A DNA stretch of 64,000 nt from an uncultured Alistipes sp. (GTDB taxonomy: Bacteria > Bacteroidota > Bacteroidia > Bacteroidales > Rikenellaceae). Positions 1 through 10,904 of this stretch are shown one piece after another. The stretch spans positions 13,344 to 77,343 of the forward strand of contig CALUII010000001.1 of the NCBI GenBank assembly GCA_944320665.1. Reading direction: 5' to 3'. The notes beneath the pieces are model-generated. The model ran no database searches. It was given only the letters and a program-made list of their open reading frames with translations, and was not told the origin of the DNA. The first letter of the stretch is position 1. The number at the start of each line of letters is the position of its first letter. Made by a program: the position numbers and the translations under genes.

Positions 1-159
1 CACACTGATCCGGTCGCCGATCCGCACCTCACGCGACGGCTTGGCATAGGCGTCGTTCACCGTCACCTTGTTGTTGCGGATGGCGTCGGCCGCGTCGCTG
101 CGCGTCTTGAAGACACGCACGGCCCACAGGTATTTGTCCAGTCTGATATCGTCTGCCAT
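1..159 (-). CDS. hslR: Hsp15-like RNA-binding S4 domain protein (5' part; runs off the window start)
   Basis: Manual translation from ATG at 159: MADDIRLDKYLWAVRVFKTRSDAADAIRNNKVTVND..KPSREVRIGDRI, the RLDKxLW..R.FKTRS S4/Hsp15 signature. Confidence 0.85.
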   Translation of the reverse strand, partial: MADDIRLDKYLWAVRVFKTRSDAADAIRNNKVTVNDAYAKPSREVRIGDRISV

Positions 160-178
160 AAATCGATATGTTATCGCG

Positions 179-1711
179 TTATTTTTCGTAGATGGATTCG
201 TTGCGCGGCATGTCGTGCGACCGCTCGTCGTTCTGTCGGCTGACGCTCAGGATCATTCCCAGGGCGATCGTCGTGAAGAGCGTCGACGAGCCGCCGCGCG
301 AGATGAGCGGCAGCGTCTGCCCCGTCTCGGGGATGAGGTTCACGGTCACCATCACGTGCAGCAGGGCCTGGCACGTGATGAGCAGCGCCAGCCCCAGCAC
401 CAGCAGTCCCGGGAAGGCCGTGCCGCACCGGCGGAAGATCTCGATCGCGCGAAAGAAGATCCATAGATAGAGCATCAGCAGCGCCCCGGCCAGCAGGATG
501 CCGTACTCCTCGACGAAAAAGGCAAAGGCAAAATCGCTCTCGGGGTGGATCATCTCGACGCGCATGGCGCTCTGACCGGCCCCCTCACCGAAGATGCCGC
601 CGTTGTGGATGGCGATCATCGACCGTTCGGCATCGGTCAGGTGGTCGATCGGCTTCTCGGTCTGCGAGCGGGTCCAGAGGTGGATCCACGTACCGACACG
701 CCCCTCGGCCGTCTCGCTGCGCCCCAGGTTGAGCGTCATGATGAGGACGATGCCCGCAAGGGCCCAGCCGATGAGTTTCATCAGCTCGCCGAAGCGCACG
801 CGCCCGATGAGCATCATCACCCACGACGCCGCAAAGACCAGCACGGCCGACGACGTGTGGGCCGGGAAGATCACCAGACACGAGATCATCACCGGCATGA
901 GGATGGGCCACGTACCCTCGCGCCAGATCCTGCGCTGCACGGGGTCGCTCCACCAGCGCCAGAACTGCCACGTGGGTACGATACGTATCTTGTCGATTTT
1001 GGACTGCCGCCCGGCCAGCTGGCGCGCCAGGAAGAGCACCGTGGCCACCTTCAGCGCCTCCGAGGGCTGGAACTGGAAGGGGCCGATCGGGATCCAGCGC
1101 GCGGCGCCGTTGGTCGTGGCGCCGATGAAGTAGACGGCCACCGTCAGCAGCACGCTCACGGCGTAGACCGGAGCCGAAAGGTAGTTGTAGACGCGGCAGT
1201 TGATCTTGTGCACGGCGACGAGCAGCCCGAAGCTCACGACGAGGATCATCAGCTGCTGGCGCAGGAAGTGCGACGTCGAACGCAGCGTGTGAGCGTCGTA
1301 GGCCATCTTGGCGGTCGACGAGTAGACCACGAGGATCGAGATCACGGCCAGCGCCGCGATGATGATCCACAGCACGCGGTCGCCCGTAAAGACACGAAAG
1401 GGGTGCTCCTCCGCCTCGGCCGTCGCGGCGGAAGCGTCGTCTGCCGCACCTCGACGCGTCGAGGTGCGGCGGCGGTCCGCACGCGGAGCCTCCTCTCCGG
1501 CCCGCGCACCCGAATCCGCCGAAGCCGTCTCGTCCGATGCGGCCGCATCGGACGGAAGATCTCGGCGCCGCGTGCCGGCCGGTGCATCGTCGTACCAGGG
1601 CGGCGCATCGGGCGAGGCCGGGGCGTCGTCGTCGCGCCGCAAGGGCGCGTGGTCACTACGCCAGGCGGCATCCTCCGCAGCGGAGGGGGTGTATCGTTCG
1701 CGTGCTGCCAT
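179..1711 (-). CDS. ftsW: FtsW/RodA/SpoVE (SEDS) peptidoglycan polymerase with ~100 aa low-complexity N-terminal extension
   Basis: NGAARWI..GPFQFQPSE..K, PESDFAF, GQTLPLISRGGSS motifs; multiple TM segments; follows murD. Confidence 0.92.
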   Translation of the reverse strand: MAARERYTPSAAEDAAWRSDHAPLRRDDDAPASPDAPPWYDDAPAGTRRRDLPSDAAASDETASADSGARAGEEAPRADRRRTSTRRGAADDASAATAEAEEHPFRVFTGDRVLWIIIAALAVISILVVYSSTAKMAYDAHTLRSTSHFLRQQLMILVVSFGLLVAVHKINCRVYNYLSAPVYAVSVLLTVAVYFIGATTNGAARWIPIGPFQFQPSEALKVATVLFLARQLAGRQSKIDKIRIVPTWQFWRWWSDPVQRRIWREGTWPILMPVMISCLVIFPAHTSSAVLVFAASWVMMLIGRVRFGELMKLIGWALAGIVLIMTLNLGRSETAEGRVGTWIHLWTRSQTEKPIDHLTDAERSMIAIHNGGIFGEGAGQSAMRVEMIHPESDFAFAFFVEEYGILLAGALLMLYLWIFFRAIEIFRRCGTAFPGLLVLGLALLITCQALLHVMVTVNLIPETGQTLPLISRGGSSTLFTTIALGMILSVSRQNDERSHDMPRNESIYEK

Positions 1712-1720
1712 GTGCCGGGG

Positions 1721-3070
1721 TTATGCGTTCTGGCGGACCCACTCCTTGAAGAGGCGGCCCCGCTCCTCGTAGTTGCGGAAGAGGTCAAAGCTGGCACATG
1801 CCGGCGAGAGCAGCACCGCGTCGCCCGGACGCGCGGCCCGTTTGGCGGCCGTCATCGCCTCGTCGAGCGACGACGTCGAGAGGATCTCGGGCACGACGCC
1901 CGTGAATTCGCGCACCAGCTTGGCGTTATCGACACCCATGCAGACCAGCGTGTGGACCTTCTCGCGGGCAAAGGCCTTGAGCGGTTCGTAGTCGTTGCCC
2001 TTGTCCGTGCCGCCGGCAATCCAGACCAGCGGCCGCTTCATGCTCTCGAGGGCATACCACACCGAGTCGACGTTGGTCGCCTTCGAGTCGTTGATCCACA
2101 CCACGCCGCCGTATTCGCCGGCCGGTTCGAGACGGTGCTCCACCGGTGCGAAGTCGTAGATCGAGCGTTGCACCTGTTCCGGCGCCACGCCCGCCGCAAG
2201 GGCCGCCAGTGCGGCTGCCATGGCATTGTAGGCGTTGTGGAGGCCGCTGATGCGCATACGTGCCGTGTCGATCTCGACCGACGTGCGGCCCACCGTCGCC
2301 GTGAAGCTCCCGTCGCAGAGGAAAGCATCGCCCGCACCGCTCGCCACGGCCCGCTTGGCCGCAAAGGGCAGCTCGCGCATCCGCAGGTCATACTTCGGCA
2401 GCTCGGCCGCAATCACCGGGTCGTCGGCCGAGTAGATGAAGCAGCAGCGCGAATGCTGGTTGCGGATGATGCGCATCTTCGAGTCGATGTAGTTCTGGAA
2501 GCAGTGGTCGTAGCGGTCAAGGTGGTCGGGCGTGATGTTGGTCAGCACGCCGATGTCGGCCCGGAAACGGTACATGCCGTCGAGCTGGAACGAACTCAGT
2601 TCGAGTACGTACCAGTCGTAGTGTCCCGTGGCGACGGAGTAGGCGAAGCTCTCGCCGATGTTGCCGCCGAGGGCCACGTTGTAGCCGGCGTCGCACAGGA
2701 TCTTGTAGATGAGCGACGTCGTGGTGGTCTTGCCGTTCGAGCCGGTGATGCAGATGGTGCGGGCCCCGTCGAGGTAACGCCCCGCAAACTCGATCTCGGA
2801 GATGATCGGAATGCCCGCCTCGCGGATGCGGCGCACGATGGGGGCCGTCTCCGGAATGCCGGGCGACTTGACCACCTCCGTGGCGGCAAGGATGCGCTCC
2901 TCGGTGTGGTGGCCCTCCTCGTAGGGAACCTTCCACTCGTCGAGCCGCGACTTGAAGCGGTCGGCGATGCGGCCGCTGTCCGACAGAAAGACATCGAAAC
3001 CCTCCTTGCGGGCGAGAATCGCCGAGCCGTAGCCGCTGATTCCTCCGCCCAAAACGACGATCTTTTTCAT
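1721..3070 (-). CDS. murD: UDP-N-acetylmuramoyl-L-alanine--D-glutamate ligase
   Basis: VLGGGISG, ITGSNGKTTT, ELSSFQL, HRLE, NDSKATN, LLSPACASFD motifs; ATG at 3070. Confidence 0.96.
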   Translation of the reverse strand: MKKIVVLGGGISGYGSAILARKEGFDVFLSDSGRIADRFKSRLDEWKVPYEEGHHTEERILAATEVVKSPGIPETAPIVRRIREAGIPIISEIEFAGRYLDGARTICITGSNGKTTTTSLIYKILCDAGYNVALGGNIGESFAYSVATGHYDWYVLELSSFQLDGMYRFRADIGVLTNITPDHLDRYDHCFQNYIDSKMRIIRNQHSRCCFIYSADDPVIAAELPKYDLRMRELPFAAKRAVASGAGDAFLCDGSFTATVGRTSVEIDTARMRISGLHNAYNAMAAALAALAAGVAPEQVQRSIYDFAPVEHRLEPAGEYGGVVWINDSKATNVDSVWYALESMKRPLVWIAGGTDKGNDYEPLKAFAREKVHTLVCMGVDNAKLVREFTGVVPEILSTSSLDEAMTAAKRAARPGDAVLLSPACASFDLFRNYEERGRLFKEWVRQNA

Positions 3071-3134
3071 ATTTTTCTTCAACAAACAGTGTTTTTCGAA
3101 CGATTCATTCCGTTAGGCCCGTGCCCCCAGCCCG

Positions 3135-4379
3135 TTATCGGATCTTGAGCGTCACGAGCGTGATGGCCGCCAGAAGCAGCGAGACGATCCAGAAACGCGT
3201 GGCGATCTTCGTCTCGAAGATCCCCTTCTTCTGGTAGTGGTGGTGCAGCGGCGACATCAGCAGGATGCGCCGTCCCTCGCCGTAGCGGTGCTTCGTGTAC
3301 TTGAAGTAGCTCACCTGCACCATCACCGAGAGGCTCTCGACCAGGAAGATGCCGCACAGCAGGGGCAGCAGCAGCTCCTTGCGGATGCAGAGCGCAAAGA
3401 CGGCGATGATGCCGCCGATCGAGAGCGACCCCGTGTCGCCCATGAAGATCTGCGCCGGGAAGGAGTTGTACCACAGAAAGCCGATCAGCGCGCCGGCAAA
3501 GGCCGCCGCAAAGACCACCAGCTCGCCGCTGCCCGGGATGTACATGATATTGAGGTAGTCGGCATAGACGATGTGGCCCGAGAGATAGGCCAGCACGCCC
3601 AGCACGGCCACGATCGGAACCGAAACGCCCGTGGCCAGGCCGTCGAGGCCGTCCGTGAGGTTGGCGCCGTTCGAGACGGCCGTGATCACCAGGATCGCCA
3701 CGAAGACGTAGAGCAGCCAGGCGGCCGTGTCATTGCCGCCCGTGAGCCAGCGGTAGTCGAACTCGTTGTCCTTGACGAAGGGGATGGTCGTCTGCGTGGT
3801 CTTGATCCGCTCGGTGCCGATCACCTCCTTGCGCAGGTGGCTGGCGATGGGCTCGCCCGCCTCGTTGTAGTAGACCGTCTCGACGGGGTTGGTCACGCGG
3901 TCGCGCACGACGATATCCTGCGAGAGCCACATCGTCGTGCCGACGATCAGGCCGAGCCCCACCTGACCGACGATCTTGAAGCGCCCCTTGAGCCCCTCCT
4001 TGTGGTGGCGGAAGACCTTGATGTAGTCGTCCAGACCGCCGATCAGCCCCAGCCAGACGGTCGAGACGAGCAGCAGCTGCACGTAGATGTTGTCCAGACG
4101 CCCGAAGAGCAGCGTCGGGATCAGAATGGCCAGCAGGATGATCACTCCGCCCATCGTGGGCGTACCCTTCTTCTGGAGCTGGCCTTCGAGCCCGAGGTCG
4201 CGGATCTCCTCGCCGATCTGCTTGCGGCGCAGGAAGTCGATGATCCGACGGCCGAAGATGATGACGATCAGCAGCGCCAGGATGATGGCGGCCGAGGCGC
4301 GGAACGAAATGTACTGAAACATGCCCGAACCCGGGATGTTGTAGAGGCGGTCGAGGTATTGGAACAGATGGTACAGCAT
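3135..4379 (-). CDS. mraY: phospho-N-acetylmuramoyl-pentapeptide transferase
   Basis: [36 protein letters not shown] motifs. Confidence 0.97.
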   Translation of the reverse strand: MLYHLFQYLDRLYNIPGSGMFQYISFRASAAIILALLIVIIFGRRIIDFLRRKQIGEEIRDLGLEGQLQKKGTPTMGGVIILLAILIPTLLFGRLDNIYVQLLLVSTVWLGLIGGLDDYIKVFRHHKEGLKGRFKIVGQVGLGLIVGTTMWLSQDIVVRDRVTNPVETVYYNEAGEPIASHLRKEVIGTERIKTTQTTIPFVKDNEFDYRWLTGGNDTAAWLLYVFVAILVITAVSNGANLTDGLDGLATGVSVPIVAVLGVLAYLSGHIVYADYLNIMYIPGSGELVVFAAAFAGALIGFLWYNSFPAQIFMGDTGSLSIGGIIAVFALCIRKELLLPLLCGIFLVESLSVMVQVSYFKYTKHRYGEGRRILLMSPLHHHYQKKGIFETKIATRFWIVSLLLAAITLVTLKIR

Positions 4380-4414
4380 GGTTTTATGCTACGTCGTATT
4401 CTCTTCGGGAAAAC

Positions 4415-5902
4415 TTAGGAACGTTTGGTGGTATCGTCCGCCGCCGCGGGCGTGCGGTGCAGCTGTTCGAAGCAGCGGCGCACCTCGTCGCGGTCGTCGA
4501 ACGGATGTTTCGTGTCGCCGACGATCTGGTAGCTCTCGTGGCCCTTGCCCGCCACGAGGATCAGGTCGCCCGGACGGGCCAGCATCGCCGCCGTGCGGAT
4601 CGCTTCGGCGCGGTCGGCCAGCCGCAGGTAGCGCGCTCCGGCGTCGAGTCCGGCCACCATCTCGTCGAGAATGGCCTCGGGGTCCTCGTGCCGCGGGTTG
4701 TCCGACGTGAAGATCGCCGTGTCGGCATACTTCACGGCAATCTGCGCCATCTCGGGACGCTTCGTGCGGTCGCGGTCGCCGCCGCAGCCGCACAGCACGA
4801 TGAGTTGCTGGTCGGGACGGCGCAGCTCCTCGAGCGTGCGCAGCACGTTCTCCAGCGCATCGGGCGTGTGGGCGTAGTCGACCACGGCCGTCGTGCCGTC
4901 CGTGGCGCGGATCGTCTCGAAACGGCCGCTCACCGGGTGCAGGGCGCTCAGCGCCTGCAGCACCTCGTTGCGCTCCTGACCCAGGAGGCGTGCCGCGGCG
5001 TAGACCGAGAGGAGGTTGTAGGCGTTGAAACGCCCGGGCAGATGGACCCACACCTCGTCGCCGTCGAGGCGGAGCAGCATGCCGTCGGGGTGCATCTCGA
5101 GGATCTTGCAGCGGAAGTCGGCCGCCGCGCGCAGCGACAGCGTGCTCACGCAGGCCGCCGTATTCTGCACCATGACGCGGCCGTTGCGGTCGTCGATGTT
5201 GACCAGCGCGAAGGCCTCGGACGGCAGCTGGTCGAAGAAGAGCTTCTTGGCGCGGATGTACTCGGCAAAGGTCTTGTGGTAGTCGAGGTGGTCGTGGGTG
5301 ATGTTCGAGAAGATGCCGCCGGCGAAGTGCAGGCCGCGGATGCGCTCCTGCACGATGGCGTGCGACGAACACTCCATGAAGCAGTACGAGCAGCCGGCAT
5401 CGACCATCTCGCGCATCATGGCGTTGAGCCGGATGACGTCGGGCGTCGTGTGGGTCGCCTCGATGCGGCGGTCGCCGATGCAGTAGACCACCGTCGAGAT
5501 CAGTCCGGCCTCGTAGCCGAGCGCACGGAAGAGGTCGTAGAGCAGCGTCACGGTGGTCGTCTTGCCGTTCGTGCCGGTGATGCCAACCAGCTTCAGTTCG
5601 CGGCTCGGGTCGTCGTAGTAGGCTGCCGCCAGGTCGGCCATCGCCGCCTGCGTGTCGGCCACCTCGACGTAGGTGACCGTCGGGTCAAGCTCCGCCGGGA
5701 GTTCCTCGCACACCACCGCCGCGGCACCGGCCGCTACGGCCGCCGGAATGAAGGCGTGGCCGTCGCACTGTGTGCCGCGCACCGCAAAGAAACAATCGCC
5801 GCGCCCCACGCGCCGCGAGTCGTACGTCAGGCCGGCTATCTCGCGTTCGGCGGGTCCCTCGATCCGTCGCACAGCCGTCCGCTGGAAGGATAGTTGTTTC
5901 AT
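4415..5902 (-). CDS. murE: UDP-N-acetylmuramoyl-tripeptide synthetase (meso-DAP ligase)
   Basis: GITGTNGKTT, MECSSH, DHLDYH, DYAHTPDAL, DNPR (DAP-specific), AGKGHE. Confidence 0.96.
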   Translation of the reverse strand: MKQLSFQRTAVRRIEGPAEREIAGLTYDSRRVGRGDCFFAVRGTQCDGHAFIPAAVAAGAAAVVCEELPAELDPTVTYVEVADTQAAMADLAAAYYDDPSRELKLVGITGTNGKTTTVTLLYDLFRALGYEAGLISTVVYCIGDRRIEATHTTPDVIRLNAMMREMVDAGCSYCFMECSSHAIVQERIRGLHFAGGIFSNITHDHLDYHKTFAEYIRAKKLFFDQLPSEAFALVNIDDRNGRVMVQNTAACVSTLSLRAAADFRCKILEMHPDGMLLRLDGDEVWVHLPGRFNAYNLLSVYAAARLLGQERNEVLQALSALHPVSGRFETIRATDGTTAVVDYAHTPDALENVLRTLEELRRPDQQLIVLCGCGGDRDRTKRPEMAQIAVKYADTAIFTSDNPRHEDPEAILDEMVAGLDAGARYLRLADRAEAIRTAAMLARPGDLILVAGKGHESYQIVGDTKHPFDDRDEVRRCFEQLHRTPAAADDTTKRS

Positions 5903-5977
5903 GATTGATTTTTTACTCTATCTCGTTTTTCGTTTCGTTATCTCGTTTACCGTTCGCGCCAGTCCGGGGCCATCCGC

Positions 5978-8254
5978 TCAGCGCAGCGTCAGGTGGACCG
6001 CCGCGCCGTGTACGGCCCGCGTGCCCGGTGCCAGGCTCTGCTGCTGCACGGCCCCCGTGCCCGAGAAGGAGACTCGCAGGCCGCGGCTCTCCATCAGGAA
6101 GAGCGCATCCTTCAGCCCCATGCCCCGCACGTCGGGCACCAGCGACGGATCCTCGGCCACCGTGGTGATCTCGACCCGCGAGGCGCTGTCGACCCGCGCG
6201 CGGCCCCAGCCCGTGCGCGACTCATACGACACGGAGCGGGCATCCAGCACGTCGGCCACCTTGCGCACCGCGGCGATGTCGCCCCCCTTGATCCGCTGCG
6301 GACGCTGCGGATCGGCATACGGGGCGTCGTGCGGCACGTCGAGCGTGGCGTGCCACTCCTGCTCGCGGTTGTAGATGTAGTCGGCCATGCGTTTCACCAC
6401 CGGGCCCGCCAACGGACCTCCGTAGTAGGCCTTGCCGCCGCCACGGCGCGTGTGGATCGTCGTGAGGATCGTATAGCGCGGCTTTTCGGCCGGGAAGTAG
6501 GCCACCATGCTGCCCATGTAGTAGCCATCCGAATAGCGGATGCCGTTCTGCGCGAACTGCGCCGTACCCGTCTTGGCCGCCGCGCGGTAGCGCGTCGTGT
6601 CGTGGAAGTAGGGGGCCGCCGTACCCGAACGGCACACCTCGACCAACAGATCCTGCACCTTGCGCAGCGTCGACTGCGAGCAGATCTGCTCCTCGAGCAC
6701 CTCGGGACGGATGCGCCGTTCGAGCACGTCGCCGCGCCGCAGTTCGCGCACCAGGTGCGGTGCCACCATGCGGCCGTCGTTGGCCACGGCGTTGTAGAGC
6801 GTGATCATCTGCATGGGCGTCAGCTCGATCACATAGCCGAAGGCCAGGCGCGCCAGGGCCTGGTTGGCGCCGCCGATCCGCTTCCAGTCCGACGGGAAGT
6901 AGGGCGACCGCTCGCCGTAGGCCTCGAGCCCCACCGTGCGGTCGAGGTGAAGCGTGCGCAGGAAGTCCGAGTACGCCTCCTTGCGGTCGGCATAGCGTTC
7001 GTAAACCGCCTCGGCAAAGTAGACGTTCGACGACTGCGCCACGGCCGTGCGGAAGTCCATGTCGTGGAACCCGGCGTGCGAATCCTGCACGCGCGCGCCG
7101 CCCACCACCACGGGACGTCCGTTGCCCGTGTCGTAGACGGTCGAGAGCGGCATGCCGGCATCCTCGAGCAGGGCGATCATCGTCGCCAGCTTGAAGACCG
7201 AACCCAACTCGGCACGGCTGGCAATGGCGTAGTTCGTATTCTCGACAAACTCGCCGCGCGAGTTGCGGCCGAGGTTGACCAGCGCCAGGATCTCGCCCGT
7301 CTGCACCTCCATGACGATCGTCGTACCCCAGATGGCGTTCTGCGATTCGAGTCGCTCGCGCAGCGCCTTGTCGGCCACGTCCTGCAGGTCGAGGTCGAGC
7401 GTCGAAACCACGTCGAGTCCGTCGACCGGGTCCTCGCCGCTGCCGATCACGCGCCCCGAAAAGCCGCGCGCAATGCGCTGACGCACGGCATGGCCGTCAC
7501 GTCCGGCCAGCTCCTCGCGCCACACCGCCTCGATGCCGTAGTTGCCCCGGTCGCCGATCAGACCGATCGTGCGACGGGCCAGCTCGCCCTGCGGATAGAT
7601 GCGGCGGTCGTGCCGCACGACGTTGTAGACCATACCCATGTTCCAATTGAGAATCGGGTACTTGCGCAACTCCTGCCACTCGTTGTAGTCGACTTCGCGC
7701 GGGAAGAGTTTCACGGGTTTGTGGTCGCGGATCGTGTCGTAGATGCGGCGCGTGACGTACTCCTCGCCGCGCAGGCGGTTGATGATGCGCGTCAGGAAGC
7801 CCGTCGCTCGCAGATGGGTCGTGTCGCGTCCGTTCACCAGCCGGTAGTGGCGGGCGTGGGACGTGCGCAGAAAGTCACGGTATTGGGCCGGCGTGCGGTC
7901 GCCGAAGAAGGCCGAAAGCAGTTTGGCCAGCGAGTCGCTCTGTTCGCGGAACGTGCGCACCGAGTCGAGTCCCTCGCTGCCGAAGTCCATCTCGACCTGG
8001 TAGCGGAACATCGACACGGCCAGCGGCTCGCCGTTGCGGGCCAGGATGCTGCCGCGCTGCGCCGGAAGCGTATCCGTACGGAAGATGCGGCTGGCCAGCC
8101 GGTTGGCATTGTAGGCGATCTCCGAACTGAAGAGCTGCACCCAGATCAGCCGCGCGAAGACCACCACTCCCACCACCGCGAAGAGCAGGTAGAGCAGCCG
8201 CACGCGCAACAAAATGTCGCTCTTGATCTTTGATTTTTCCTCCTTCCGGGCCAT
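5978..8254 (-). CDS. ftsI: division penicillin-binding protein (class B) with C-terminal PASTA domain
   Basis: N-terminal TM, SVFK, SSN and KTGTAQ transpeptidase motifs, VPDVRGM PASTA; dcw position. Confidence 0.92.
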   Translation of the reverse strand: MARKEEKSKIKSDILLRVRLLYLLFAVVGVVVFARLIWVQLFSSEIAYNANRLASRIFRTDTLPAQRGSILARNGEPLAVSMFRYQVEMDFGSEGLDSVRTFREQSDSLAKLLSAFFGDRTPAQYRDFLRTSHARHYRLVNGRDTTHLRATGFLTRIINRLRGEEYVTRRIYDTIRDHKPVKLFPREVDYNEWQELRKYPILNWNMGMVYNVVRHDRRIYPQGELARRTIGLIGDRGNYGIEAVWREELAGRDGHAVRQRIARGFSGRVIGSGEDPVDGLDVVSTLDLDLQDVADKALRERLESQNAIWGTTIVMEVQTGEILALVNLGRNSRGEFVENTNYAIASRAELGSVFKLATMIALLEDAGMPLSTVYDTGNGRPVVVGGARVQDSHAGFHDMDFRTAVAQSSNVYFAEAVYERYADRKEAYSDFLRTLHLDRTVGLEAYGERSPYFPSDWKRIGGANQALARLAFGYVIELTPMQMITLYNAVANDGRMVAPHLVRELRRGDVLERRIRPEVLEEQICSQSTLRKVQDLLVEVCRSGTAAPYFHDTTRYRAAAKTGTAQFAQNGIRYSDGYYMGSMVAYFPAEKPRYTILTTIHTRRGGGKAYYGGPLAGPVVKRMADYIYNREQEWHATLDVPHDAPYADPQRPQRIKGGDIAAVRKVADVLDARSVSYESRTGWGRARVDSASRVEITTVAEDPSLVPDVRGMGLKDALFLMESRGLRVSFSGTGAVQQQSLAPGTRAVHGAAVHLTLR

Positions 8255-8270
8255 CGTTCTTCCTTCGGCG

Positions 8271-8810
8271 TCAGTCTTCGATGATTTCGCCCGGCGAGAC
8301 CGGGTCGTAGAGTTCGATGCCGCGACGACGCAGCTCCTCGGTGATGGCCGAGTGGGTCGTACGGCGGTAGCGCTGCTCCTGGAGACGGATCGACCGCTCG
8401 CGCAGCAGCTGCACCTCGCGTTCGAGACGCGAGTAGCGCATATCGAGATGCAGCGACGTGAACATCACCACGATGCTCAGAAAGAACATCACCGCAATGC
8501 AGATCAGGTATCGGTAGTACTCGGCGCTGCCCTTGCGCACGAGGATCGTGCCCGAGATCAGCTGCCACAGGGCACTCGCCCGGCGGCGGCGTTCACGCTC
8601 GGCCGCCTCCTCGCGCTCCTCGCGTTCGGCCGCCTCGCGCTCCTCGTCGGCACGGATCTCCTCGTCGGCCTCGCCGCGCTGCACGCGCAGCACCTCGCGG
8701 CGGATCTTGCGGGCAAGTTCCGCCTCGCGTTCGCGCTCGGCAAGCTCTTCGGGCGTCACGGGGTCGAATTCGTGGTCGTTCTTCATGATGGTCGGGTCGT
8801 CACGCATCAC
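8271..8810 (-). CDS. ftsL: FtsL-like cell division protein (Bacteroidota type); start uncertain
   Basis: Single TM followed by coiled coil, between rsmH and ftsI. Confidence 0.75.
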   Translation of the reverse strand: MMRDDPTIMKNDHEFDPVTPEELAEREREAELARKIRREVLRVQRGEADEEIRADEEREAAEREEREEAAERERRRRASALWQLISGTILVRKGSAEYYRYLICIAVMFFLSIVVMFTSLHLDMRYSRLEREVQLLRERSIRLQEQRYRRTTHSAITEELRRRGIELYDPVSPGEIIED

Positions 8811-9745
8811 GGCTGTACTTCGGCATCAACGCGTTTCACGGCGCAGCGCAGACGCGCCGAACGCGATCGGGGATTGCGCGCCACCTCCTCGTCCGACGGC
8901 ACGAGGGCCTTGCGCGTCACCACCTCGAAGGGGGCCTGCGGACGTCCGTAGAAGTCCTTCTCGACGCGCCCCTCGAAGTTGCCGCTGCGCATGAAGTTCT
9001 TCACCAACCGGTCCTCGAGCGAATGGTACGAGATGACGACCAGCCGCCCGCCCGGACGCAGCACACGCAGGCTCTGTTCGAGCGCCATCTTCAACGCCTC
9101 CATCTCGCCGTTGACCTCGATGCGCAACGCCTGGAAAAGTTTCGTCAGGAACTTGGCCTCCTCCTTGCGCGGCGTGCACGGACGCACGGCCTCGACCAGG
9201 TCGCCCGTCGTGGCCAGCGGGCGCTGGGCCCGGGCCCGTTCGATGCAGTTGGCCACCTTCCACGGCGTATCGAGCTCGCCCCAGTCGCGCAGCACGCGCG
9301 TGAGCTCCTCGTTCGAATAGCCGTTGGCCACGTCGGCTGCCGTCATGGCGCCGCGTTGATTCATGCGCATGTCGAGCGGCGCCTCGGCGCGGAACGAGAA
9401 GCCCCGTTCGGCCTCGTCGAAGTGGTGCGACGAGACCCCCAGGTCGGCCAGCACGGCATCGACCTGCGTCACGCCGCGCCAGCGCAGCGCCCCGCGCAGG
9501 AAGCGGAAGTTGCTCTCGACGAAGTGGAACCGGGCGTCGTCCGGACAGTTGGCCCGGGCGTCGCGGTCCTGGTCAAAGGCATAGAGCGACCCTTCGGGGC
9601 CGAGCGCACGCAGGATGCGGCGCGAGTGTCCGCCGCCGCCGAACGTGAGGTCCACGCAGCAGGCCGAGGGGGTGATCTCCATCAGCGCGACGGCCTCCTC
9701 GAGCAGCACGGGCGTATGGTAGTCGGAACGGTATTCGGGCATCAT
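8807..9745 (-). CDS. rsmH: 16S rRNA m4C1402 methyltransferase
   Basis: YHTPVLL, DLTFGGGGHS, DLGVSS, FQALRIEVNGE, SYHSLEDR, NPRSRSA; ATG at 9745 or 9742. Confidence 0.96.
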   Translation of the reverse strand: MMPEYRSDYHTPVLLEEAVALMEITPSACCVDLTFGGGGHSRRILRALGPEGSLYAFDQDRDARANCPDDARFHFVESNFRFLRGALRWRGVTQVDAVLADLGVSSHHFDEAERGFSFRAEAPLDMRMNQRGAMTAADVANGYSNEELTRVLRDWGELDTPWKVANCIERARAQRPLATTGDLVEAVRPCTPRKEEAKFLTKLFQALRIEVNGEMEALKMALEQSLRVLRPGGRLVVISYHSLEDRLVKNFMRSGNFEGRVEKDFYGRPQAPFEVVTRKALVPSDEEVARNPRSRSARLRCAVKRVDAEVQP

Positions 9746-10027
9746 GGATGGCAACAGTCAATTTGGGCGTAAAGTTAGGCAAATTTCGGAAAAGAATACC
9801 TATATTTGCGAATTATAATTCGCGGGCACCTCCGTCCGATCCGGTGCCGCCGGAACCGCCCGACCGCACGCCGTCGGCTCTCCGACAAGCGGTTGCCGAC
9901 GGCATCCGCATGCCCCGCACGACGGGCCTCCCCTTCTCCGCACAAGTTGCGGCACCCGCCTGCCCCCCGACGGACGGCTGGCCCCCGGTGAAGGAGCACC
10001 GAGCGTGTGTCCGCCAAACGAAACACT

Positions 10028-10861
10028 ATGCCCGAAATCGACGTCGGTGCGGTGCTCGCGGCCAAGGCCCCGCGCATCGCCCGTTACATCCCGCGGTGGG
10101 CCGTCAACTGGCTCCGCCGCACGATCCACGAAAGCGAGATCAACTACATCCTGCGCACCTACTGGGATCTGCCGCCGCAGGAGTTCATCCGCGCCTGCTT
10201 CCGCGAGTGGAAGGTGACCTACGCCTCCGAGGGGCTCGAACGACTCGACCCCGCAGGCCGCTACCTCTTCGCCTCGAACCACCCGTTCGGCGGCATGGAC
10301 GGCATGATGCTGGCCGACGAACTGATCGGCCGCTTCGGCGACGCGCGCGTCGTGGTCAACGACCTGCTGATGTACCTCGACCCGCTGCGCCCGCTCTGGA
10401 TCCCGGTCAACAAACACGGCGCACAGAGTGCCGAATACGCCCGGCGGTTCGATGCCGAGTTTGCGGGCGACCGCCCCATCCTGACCTTCCCCGCGGGGCT
10501 CTGCTCGCGCCGCCCGCACGGCGTCGTCGAAGACCCGGAGTGGAAGAGCAGCTTCCTGAAACGCGCCGCCGCCTCCGGACGGCAGATCGTGCCGGTCTTC
10601 GTCGAGGGCGAGTTGTCCGACTTCTTCTACCGCGTGGCCAACCTGCGCCGACGGCTGGGACTGCACCTCAACATCGAGATGCTGTGGCTGCCCGACGAGA
10701 TGTTCTCGCAGGGCGGCAAACACTTCCGCATCCTCTTCGGCGAACCGATCCCCGCCGCCGAACTGGCCGCCGCAGGCACCCTGCGCCAACAGACCGAACT
10801 GGTACGCCAAAAAGTATATTTTTTGGGAAATCGTCTCGCACCGGATCGCAACAAACGGTAA
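10028..10861 (+). CDS. glsA: PlsC-like O-acyltransferase, probable glycine-lipid synthesis GlsA
   Basis: NHPFGGMDG (HX4D) and FPAG motifs; paired with a GNAT N-acyltransferase divergent from the dcw cluster as in Bacteroides. Confidence 0.75.
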   Translation: MPEIDVGAVLAAKAPRIARYIPRWAVNWLRRTIHESEINYILRTYWDLPPQEFIRACFREWKVTYASEGLERLDPAGRYLFASNHPFGGMDGMMLADELIGRFGDARVVVNDLLMYLDPLRPLWIPVNKHGAQSAEYARRFDAEFAGDRPILTFPAGLCSRRPHGVVEDPEWKSSFLKRAAASGRQIVPVFVEGELSDFFYRVANLRRRLGLHLNIEMLWLPDEMFSQGGKHFRILFGEPIPAAELAAAGTLRQQTELVRQKVYFLGNRLAPDRNKR

Positions 10862-10904
10862 ATTGTCTATTTTTGCACCACCTTTTTGCATCACCAAACC
10901 ACCT

